Under the pieces are notes generated by a model. The model was not told where the DNA came from and searched no databases. It worked only from the letters and a program-made list of their open reading frames with translations. The position numbers and the translations under genes are program-made. A stretch of DNA of 64,000 nucleotides from NCBI GenBank assembly GCA_002269645.1, contig NIVC01000975.1, forward strand, positions 248,001 through 312,000, read 5' to 3'. Source of the stretch: Macrostomum lignano. Lineage: Eukaryota. This document shows positions 56,168-64,000 of this stretch, in pieces; position 1 is the stretch's first letter; each line of letters begins with the position of its first letter.

Positions 56168-56764
56168 CTAACCACTGCTTCCGCTTCCATCTGAACCTGC
56201 ACTTCCGCTTCCAGCTTCAGTTTCACACTTGACGCCACTATCACTCTCGATTTTGTTTCCTAGCTGCAGATCCAAGCAGCCGCTGAGCCGTCGCACCTCT
56301 TCGCCGCGTTCGCGCAGAATCTGTTCCACATTTCGGCCGCCGACGTGATCGAACCAGTGCAGATTATCTGCAATCAGGTGCAAATTCTGACAGCCGTTAC
56401 ACCGAATAATCACCACTCCGCGATCGTAGGCTACTCGCGAGAAACTTCTCGCCTGCCGAGTGCTGCACACCTTGCAGGTGAACACGATGCCCATCTGACG
56501 CTTGGCATCCTGAACAATATCTGTCGAGTCAGCTAAGTTGGCGCTCTCAAATGCAGCTGGAAGACTGCCGCTGCCTTTGCCATCGGTGCACAGGTGGCGG
56601 AACCTAATCTGACTCCGCTTCAGCGATTCTGAGAGAACCAGACAGTCATGTCGGACGCGCTGCGACGGTTGCTTAGCAAGGGTAACTAAGGACCGACTGC
56701 AGGCAACAAGGCGCTGCTGCTGCTGCGCTGGGCAGAGGCGCAAAATTAACCGTACGGGCAGCAT
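56168..56764 (-). CDS. DNLZ: DNL-type zinc finger protein (mitochondrial Hsp70 escort Hep1/Zim17), intronless
   Basis: FTCKVCSTR..FSRVAYDRGVVIIRCNGCQNLHLIADNLHWF is the zf-DNL signature. The basic N-terminus resembles a mitochondrial presequence. ATG at 56764. Confidence 0.95.
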   Translation of the reverse strand: MLPVRLILRLCPAQQQQRLVACSRSLVTLAKQPSQRVRHDCLVLSESLKRSQIRFRHLCTDGKGSGSLPAAFESANLADSTDIVQDAKRQMGIVFTCKVCSTRQARSFSRVAYDRGVVIIRCNGCQNLHLIADNLHWFDHVGGRNVEQILRERGEEVRRLSGCLDLQLGNKIESDSGVKCETEAGSGSAGSDGSGSSG

Positions 56765-57526
56765 GGGAATCAAGGTTCAGCTATTTGCTTTTAGAAGACA
56801 AGCTTTTTAAAAGATATTTGATCGCTTAATTAACAAAGGTGAATGAGTAACATGCAACTGTAAGACAAGTAGGAGGTACACTTGAAATTGACACTTCAGA
56901 TTTGTCCGATTTAGCCCATAGACGGATCCACGCGATGAGCCAATAAAAAACAGATTTAGGTCATATTTATGCAACACACGTAAACTATTACAAGCATTGA
57001 ATTAAATCCAAGATATGTTAGCCAAATAAATAGAGCTTGTCTATGGTAGCAAGGTTGGCACAGCAGCATTTAGTCTGGTCCAACAAGCATCAATTTGGTC
57101 CATTGGGGCTCTACAGTTTCACCTCTAGATTTTCATTTAGACATGACTGACACAAGCAGTGAGAACGAAAGCAATTCTTCATTTGCAACTGCTGCGGAGG
57201 AGCAAGATCAGCCCAAGAATCGTGAACCATATGCTGGACTGTCAAACAAACGCCATGGGCTTGTGATCGAAGCGGAGTTTTGATCAAACTAAAATGCTCT
57301 TTGTTTCCTTTTGTTATAGTTGAGCAGATTGCATTTTTGACGTCATCTTGTGTTGGTACAGTGAAACAACCAAATTGATGCCTGTTAGACGAAATAAAAC
57401 GCTGCGGTGCCAGCCTTGCTACCATAGACAAAAGCTCCATTACTTGGATAAAATTTCAATGCGTGTGAGCCCAAATGGGCTGCAAAAAGCTATATTATCT
57501 TCTATTAATATGGGAATATGTATAAA

Positions 57527-57772
57527 ATATTCTATGGGTTTGAGGTCGGTATGTGATTAAATCCCGAGAGATCGAAGGCTCTCGGGATTTAAGTGAAATA
57601 CCGACCTCAAACCCATAGAATATCTTATTTAAACTACTTTAATTTTGCGGGATGTATTCAGATAAATCCCGGAGCCATACTTGTATGTCTATGGTTGAAG
57701 CTGGTGATGGGGGTGTGGGGGCGAAGCCCCCACATTCTTACCATAGACAAAATTTCATTAAATCCCGCAAAA
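57527..57772. other. Two adjacent long inverted-repeat (hairpin) structures, probably a non-autonomous element
   Basis: Hairpin 1 (57527-57623): 26-bp plus 14-bp perfect stems with an 8-nt loop. Hairpin 2 (57644-57772): TTTTGCGGGAT/ATCCCGCAAAA, TGTCTATGG/CCATAGACA and core TGTGGGGG-CGAAG-CCCCCACA. Confidence 0.85.
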
Positions 57773-58255
57773 CAAAATCTATGTCAATAACCTCCCTGAA
57801 AGTGAGCTTTAAAGTGGTTTAATGCGCCTTATCTAATGGGACAAACTTTAACTCTTTAGATATCTGATACTGATAAGAAAACACAAAACTCCTTCAATAA
57901 AAGAAAAATTGCACTCTACAGAGAACTTGTCACCAACTAGTCATTATAGTTTAATTTTCCAAACAGTTTGTTTATATAGTGTTGATATATTTAGCTCGAT
58001 AGCAAATTACAGTAGCACAGATATAGGAACATTTGTTGGGTCGTTCTTAACTGAATTGCGACTTTTACGAGTGGGAGTGAAAAACTGCCGTTCGAAACAA
58101 CTCGTTCTTAATCAAATGGATTCTTAACGACTGCGTAAATAGCATTGTGTATAGAGAGCTAGCAAGTAGGCTTTACATACAGTAACAAAATAATAGTTTA
58201 GTAGCTAAACACTAAGGCTAATTAAACTCGCCAGTCCATGGCTGTCAAACTTTAT

Positions 58256-58444
58256 TCAAGCCTGCACGACCTTCCTCGGCACCTCAGACGGTTTGCCGTC
58301 CTTCCACAGGAAGGCTTTCACAGTGCTGCCTTCCCGTTTCATGGCTTCGCGCTGCAGCTCCGGCTTAAGGCAGTGGCGCACCACCTTGGCGCACAGGGCC
58401 GAGTAGCGGATGTAGTTGATTCCCGCGTCTCTCCAGGCTGGCAT
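58256..58444 (-). CDS. ATP5F1E: ATP synthase F1 subunit epsilon, mitochondrial (62 aa)
   Basis: [29 protein letters not shown] matches the W-R-x-A-G-x-x-Y-I-R-Y-S-x-x-C-A epsilon signature, and the size fits. Confidence 0.95.
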   Translation of the reverse strand: MPAWRDAGINYIRYSALCAKVVRHCLKPELQREAMKREGSTVKAFLWKDGKPSEVPRKVVQA

Positions 58445-58519
58445 GGCTGCGGTCCGGATTCGGGCTGCAATTCATGGAATTTTTGTGTAAGAGATCGAAT
58501 ACAAATCGGTATTTCCTTG

Positions 58520-59290
58520 CTTACCTGCTTGTCCGTCTACCTGTCTGTCTGTCTGTCTACCTGCCTGTATGTCTGTCAACCTATCTGTCTACCTGTCTGT
58601 CTGTCTACCTGTCTGTCTGTCTGTCTGTCTACCTGCCTGTATGTCTGTCTACCTATCTGTCTACCTGTCTGTCTGTCTACCTATCGGTCTACCTGTCTGT
58701 CTGTCTACCTACCTACCTGCCTGTACGTCTGTCTATCTGCCTGTCTACCTGCTTGCCTGTGTGTCTGTCTGTCTCTGTCTGTCTATCTGCCTGTCTGTCT
58801 CTGCCTGTCTGTCTGTCTACCTACCTGCCTGTCTGTCTGTCTACCTACCTGCCTGTACGTCTGTATCTACCTGTCTGTCTGTCTGTCTCTGCCTGCCTGC
58901 CTGTCTGTCTGTCTACCTACCTACCTACCTGTCTATCTGCCTGCATGTCTCTGCCTGTCTACCTGTCTTTGCCTGTCTGTCTACCTGCTTGCCTGTGTGT
59001 CTGTCTGTCTCTGTCTGTCATCTGCCTGTCTGTCTCTGCCTGTCTACCTGTCTGTCTGTCTACCTACCTGCCTGTATGTCTGTCTACCTACCTGCCTGTC
59101 TGTCTACCTACCTGCCTGTACGTCTGTATCTACCTGTCTGTCTGTCTGTCTCTGCCTGCCTGCATGTCTCTGCCTGTCTACCTGTCTTTGCCTGTCTACC
59201 TGTCTTTGCCTGTCTGTCTACCTGCTTGCCTGTGTGTCTGTCTGTCTCTGCCTGTCTGTCTCTCTGTCTGTCTGTCTGCCTGTCAGTTTC
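58520..59290. repeat. Compound (TGTC)/(TACC)/(TGCC) microsatellite
   Basis: Direct reading. Confidence 0.95.
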
Positions 59291-59629
59291 TGCTTTGCAT
59301 ATTTGTCTGCTGTCTGTGGCTCTCTGTTTTTAGGTCTGTCTTTATTCATAATCTGACATTTGTAAGTTGCACTACTAACAACAGAACTTAGAGAGTAGGC
59401 ACTAATGAAAAAGGAGAAAATAGTATAAAAGAGCACTACAAACAAATTTTTTGGCACAAAAACAGACACCGTAGTAAAAGCACAGCGGTTTTTAACTGAT
59501 ATCAAATTGATAATTCAAACTGTTGTATTTTCATTTTCGATTTTACATATAACCAATTTGATAAACTGGCAAATGCAGGCCAAGGTTAAATTGTCAATTT
59601 ATAGTAACGGGGCAACGTAAAGGAATAGG

Positions 59630-59677
<48 letters not shown>

Positions 59678-59684
59678 GGCAGGC

Positions 59685-59731
<47 letters not shown>

Positions 59732-59732
59732 C

Positions 59733-59819
<87 letters not shown>

Positions 59820-59911
59820 CTAAGACAGACAGACAGACAGACAGACAGACACACAGACAGACAGTCAGACAGACAGACAGACAGGTAGATACAGACGTAC
59901 AGGCAGGTAGG

Positions 59912-59945
<34 letters not shown>
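59630..59945. repeat. (GACA)n microsatellite
   Basis: Direct reading. Confidence 0.97.
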
Positions 59946-59947
<2 letters not shown>

Positions 59948-60441
59948 CGGCGGTAGACCTGATAAATAGATACACCTGCTAGAATGTATACTAAGCTAAA
60001 ATATACAAAGCTGAGTTAAATTAAAACTAGAACAAAAACACGGCAAAAGTACAACCAAGACACAATTAATCCCTGTGCTGGGGAGACAGCAAGCAAGGCT
60101 GCACTCTTTGAAAAAAGCAACTAACAAATTGAAAGGAAAATAATCAAGAAAGAAAATCAGCAAAGCAGGTGAAATCAATATCGCTGAAACGCACTGGGGG
60201 GCATTCAATAAACATAAGCATCTATCCCTCTACCAGAGCAATCCAATAAAGACCACTGATACGATAGACAGTATACCCAGATGGGCCACTTCAGCATACC
60301 TTGGCTAGTAAAACAGGTAGAAGAGTCCTGGCTACTGAATGAACTGACAGTAGCCAGCTAATTGAAAAAAGTAAACAGAGGAAAATCACTGGGCTCAAGT
60401 TTTCTCTTCAGATTCTCTCTCGAATTTGGATGATGGTGTAG

Positions 60442-60935
60442 TGCAAACTACTGCAGAGACAACTTTAAGGGCCAGATGTAGGATCTGCGCATGACTGAGA
60501 GCCAGAGAGGAGAGGAGGGGAGAGAGGAAGGGAGAGGAGATGGGAGAGAAAGGGAGAGGAAAAAAAGGAGATGAGAGAGGGGAGAGGGGAGATGAGAGAG
60601 AGGGGGGAGATAAGAAAGGAGAGGAGAGAAGATGAGAGAGGAGAGGTGAGAGGAGAGAAAGAAAGGGAGAGAAAAGAAGGGGGATGAGAGAAGGGAGAGG
60701 GGAGTGGAGAAGAGAGGAGAGGGAGAGGACAGAGGGGGGAGAAAGGGAGATGAGAGAGGAGATAAGAGAGGGGAGAAGAGATGAGAGAGAGAGGGGGGAG
60801 ATGAGACAGGAGGAGAGTGGAGAAAAAGGAGAAAAAAGACACAAACCCTGAGCAGGCCGGATTGCTATTGCGAATTTTCAAAGGACCCGAGGGCCGGATA
60901 GAGAGGCTTAGCAGGCCAAAGTTTGCCGACCCCTG
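60442..60935. mobile_element. hAT/Charlie-like MITE with a GA-rich interior; left TIR partly deleted
   Basis: Right TIR AAAGTTTGCCGACCCCTG (60918-60935) is followed by GTGTAGAC. The left side reads GTGTAG-TGCAAACT (60436-60449). Shares GGGCCAGAT and GA filler with the 55202 element. Confidence 0.65.
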
Positions 60936-61068
60936 GTGTAGACAGACAGGTAGCGTAACGCCCACACTGGGCCCGTGGGCATGAGGTTTGATCTGAGAAA
61001 AGTTGATTACTGGTTTCTGGATTCTCACTTTTTAATGTCACTGACTCTAATATTCTCTTAGAGATAAG

Positions 61069-63975
61069 TTATCGCCTGCCGCCGCCTCGATAGCCGCGAC
61101 CGCCGCGACCGCCGCCGCCACCGCGGCCACCGCCGCCGCCTCGATATCCAGTCTGTTGATAATTCTGCTGGCCCTGATGCATCTGCGGCTGAAACTCGTA
61201 TTGACTACTTGGCTGGAAAGTGAACTGCTGCTGCTGATGGTAATGCTGGTCTGGCATGAATACAAATCCTTGCTGCTGTTGCTGCTGCTGCTGCCAGCCG
61301 CCGCCACCGCCTCCCCAACCCCCGCCGCTGTCGCCGCCGCGACCTCCACCGCCTCTTCCGCGACCGCCTCCGCCGCCGCCGCGGCCGCCACCGCGATGGT
61401 CGCCGCCGCCGGCCTCGCGCTGTCTGAAAGCCGGCATCTCGGGCGGAGGCGGCTCCAGCTCCCAGGCTCGGCCGCCGCGGTCTGGCACTGTGCCCATGCG
61501 GATCTGCCAAGTGGGGGATGTGATTCAGAATTTGAGGATCTGGATTGAGTTGGGAATATATGAGGGTAATGCATATTTGGATAGTTAAGTAGATGGGAAA
61601 ATCTGCATTGCTGGGATATTAAGGAAGTTTCGGAGATTACGGCAGAGCTGGGATATTTTCGGGATTTATTGAGGATCAGAGCTGAACTGGGATATTTTCG
61701 GGATTTATTGAGGATCAGAGCTGAACTGGGATATTTTCGGGATTTATTGAGGATCAGAGCTGAACTGAGATATTTTCAAGATTTATTGAGGATCAGAGCT
61801 GAACTGGGATATTTTCGGGATTTATTGAGAATCAGAGCTGAACTGGGATATTTTCGGGATTTATTGAGGATCAGAGCTGAACTGGGATATTTTCGGGATT
61901 TATTGAGGATCAGAGCTGAACTGGGATATTTTCGGGATTTATTGAGGATCAGAGCTGAACTGGGATATTTTCGGGATTTATTGAGGATCAGAGCTGAACT
62001 GGGATATTTTCGGGATTTATTGAGGATCAGAGCTGAACTGAGATATTTTCAAGATTTATTGAGGATCAGAGCTGAACTGGGATATTTTTGGGATTTATTG
62101 AGGATCAGAGCTGAACTGGGATATTTTCGGGATTTATTGAGGATCACAGCTAAAGTGGGATTTTTTAGATTTATTGAGGATCAGAGCTGAACTGGGATAT
62201 TTTCGGGATTTATTGAGGATCAGAGCTGAACTGGGATATTTTCGGGATTTATTGAGGATCAGAGCTGAACTGGGATATTTTCGGGATTTATTGAGGATCA
62301 GAGCTGAGCTGGGATATTTTCGGGATTTATTGAGGATCAGAGCTAAACTGGGATATTTTCGGGATTTATTGAGGATCAGAGCTGAACTGGGATATTTTCG
62401 GGATTTATTGAGGATCAGAGCTGAGCTGGGATATTTTCGGGATTTATTGAGGATCAGAGCTGAGCTGGGATATTTTCGGGATTTATTGAGGATCAGAGCT
62501 AAACTGGGATATTTTCGGGATTTATTGAGGATCAGAGCTAAACTGGGATATTTTCGGGATTTATTGAGGATCACAGCTAAAGTGGGATTTTTTTAGATTT
62601 ATTGAGGATCAGAACTCAGCTGGGATATTTTCGGGATTTATTGAGAAGCTGAGCTGGGATCCCCAGGCTTATGGGATATTTGTGGAATCAAGTTCCGCAC
62701 CTTATTAACAGTAGACAGAGCTCGGAGCCGGGCCTCCCCAGAGTCAATCTTGTCCAAATTCAGCAGCCAATCCCTGCTAGCCAGCAGTCTGGCCGTGGTA
62801 ACCAGAGCGCCGGCGCCTGCGCCGTCCATAGCGGCTCGCAACGGCTGATAAACGGCGTCAACTTTTTTCCGCTCTTTGCGAACCCGATCGGACCAGAAAA
62901 AGCTGGATATTGTGGCGTCCAGCCGGTCCAATAGCAGCCTCCGTCTGGTGCCGTACTCCCTGTGCAGCCTGGCGCTGGCCTCGCCCGCCTTGGCCCAGTC
63001 CGATTCGGACAGCGGCGGCCGCGCGTTCGGATCGATCAGCGGCTGGCCGAGATGGCCGTCCGGCGCCGATGAAAGTCGCTCGGACACGCGGCTGATGAAA
63101 CGATTGAACAGCTGGGCTGTGGAGTGGTGTAGAGTTCAGATTAGATGTAGAGATTAGACGATGGGTAGATTCGGCCAGCGAGGAAGTAGATTCGGCCAGC
63201 GAGGAAGTAGATTCGGACAGCGAGGAAGTAGATTCGGCCAGCGAGGAAGTAGATTCGGACAGCGAGGGAGTAGATTCGGACAGTGAGAGGGTAGATTCGG
63301 ACAGCGAGGATGAGTAGATACGGATAGCGAAGGGGCAGATTTGGACAGCGAGAACGGGTAGAATCGGACAGCGAGAACGGGTAGAATCGGACAGCGAGAA
63401 CGGGTAGAATCGGACAGCGAGAACGGGTAGAATCGGACAGCGAGAACGGGTAGAATCGGACAGCGAGAACGGGTAGAATCGGACAGCGAGAACGGGTAGA
63501 ATCGGACAGCGAGAATGGGTAGAATCGGACAGCGAGAATGGGTAGAATCGGACAGCGAGAACGGGTAGAATCGGACAGCGAGAATGGGTAGAATCGGACA
63601 GCGAGAACGGGTAGAATCGGACAGCGAGAATGGGTAGAATCGGACAGCGAGAGAGGATAGATAATGTCGATTCAACACAACCCCTAGGTGTTCCAATTCA
63701 TATACTGATATGGCAAGTCCCCAGGTCAGTTCTCACCTGCCGTCACTTCATCAGGCGGTCGGCCCAGCTCCAGCGCAGCGGCTGCCAGTCGCAGATGGGC
63801 GCCCACCTCTGACTCCTGCGTTGCAGCAGCGGCAGCCGCAGCGGCGGCGGGGCCCCGCAGCAGAGCCGGGCGAGTTCGCAGCAGCAGCCGTGCCGCCTGC
63901 ACCTCAGTAGCCAGAAACTGCAGCAGCAGCCGCCTGGCTGCCGGGTCAGCCAATTGCTGGCCAATAGACACACCG
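61069..63975 (-). CDS. FAM98: FAM98 family protein, last three coding exons (gene continues beyond the window)
   Basis: Exons 63975-63737, 63116-62701, 61503-61069 are phase-consistent. FLATEVQAARL, EYGTRRRLLLDRLDATISSFFWSDR, NK-IRMGTVPDRGGR..EPPPPEMP and an RGG-rich tail match FAM98A/B. Confidence 0.93.
61630..62650. repeat. 39-bp minisatellite, ~26 copies, FAM98 last intron
   Basis: Unit GATCAGAGCTGAACTGGGATATTTTCGGGATTTATTGAG. Confidence 0.96.
63165..63655. repeat. 23-bp minisatellite, ~21 copies, FAM98 intron
   Basis: Unit TCGGACAGCGAGAACGGGTAGAA. Confidence 0.95.
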
Positions 63976-64000
63976 CTACTAGTAGTAAGACAGGCATATG

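Noticed and set aside
57095-57440. Short ORFs between DNLZ and the hairpins
   Set aside because: No recognisable domain or splice context.
58238-59946. Cys/Leu/Ser/Val-rich ORFs up to 372 aa
   Set aside because: Microsatellite translations.
61669-62596. RIRAELGYFRDLL repeat ORFs
   Set aside because: 39-bp minisatellite in a FAM98 intron.

Overview
Eukaryotic (animal) genomic DNA. GC-rich, poly-Ala/Gly-rich exons and introns filled with minisatellites suggest a free-living flatworm such as Macrostomum; this is an inference from sequence style only. Genes reconstructed by hand with phase-consistent GT-AG junctions: an intronless BCL11/ZFP64-like C2H2 zinc-finger gene (-), a 14-exon supervillin (+), a 4-exon orphan multi-pass membrane protein with gustatory-receptor-like layout (-), an intronless Rho-family GTPase with degenerate G1/G4 boxes (+), DDOST/OST48 (5 exons, -), a PhyH-family 2OG-Fe(II) dioxygenase (-) with unresolved 5' phase problems, a small secreted Cys-rich exon (-), DNLZ/Hep1 (-), ATP synthase epsilon (-) and the last three exons of FAM98 (-). 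Mobile DNA: an internally deleted Ty3/Gypsy element with intact ends and a 5-bp TSD, a 5'-truncated RNase H-bearing LINE flanked by a ~240-260-bp duplication, an RTE-like LINE tail, a 1,034-bp hAT-type MITE (15-bp TIR, 8-bp TSD), Charlie-like MITE remnants and a double-hairpin element. The main unexplained structure is that most introns, and the region just past the stop codon of four genes, each carry a different minisatellite. These arrays are usually pyrimidine-rich on the host sense strand and often run into a splice acceptor. No rRNA, tRNA or CRISPR array was recognised. Most long ORFs in the supplied track are repeat translations or antisense shadows.
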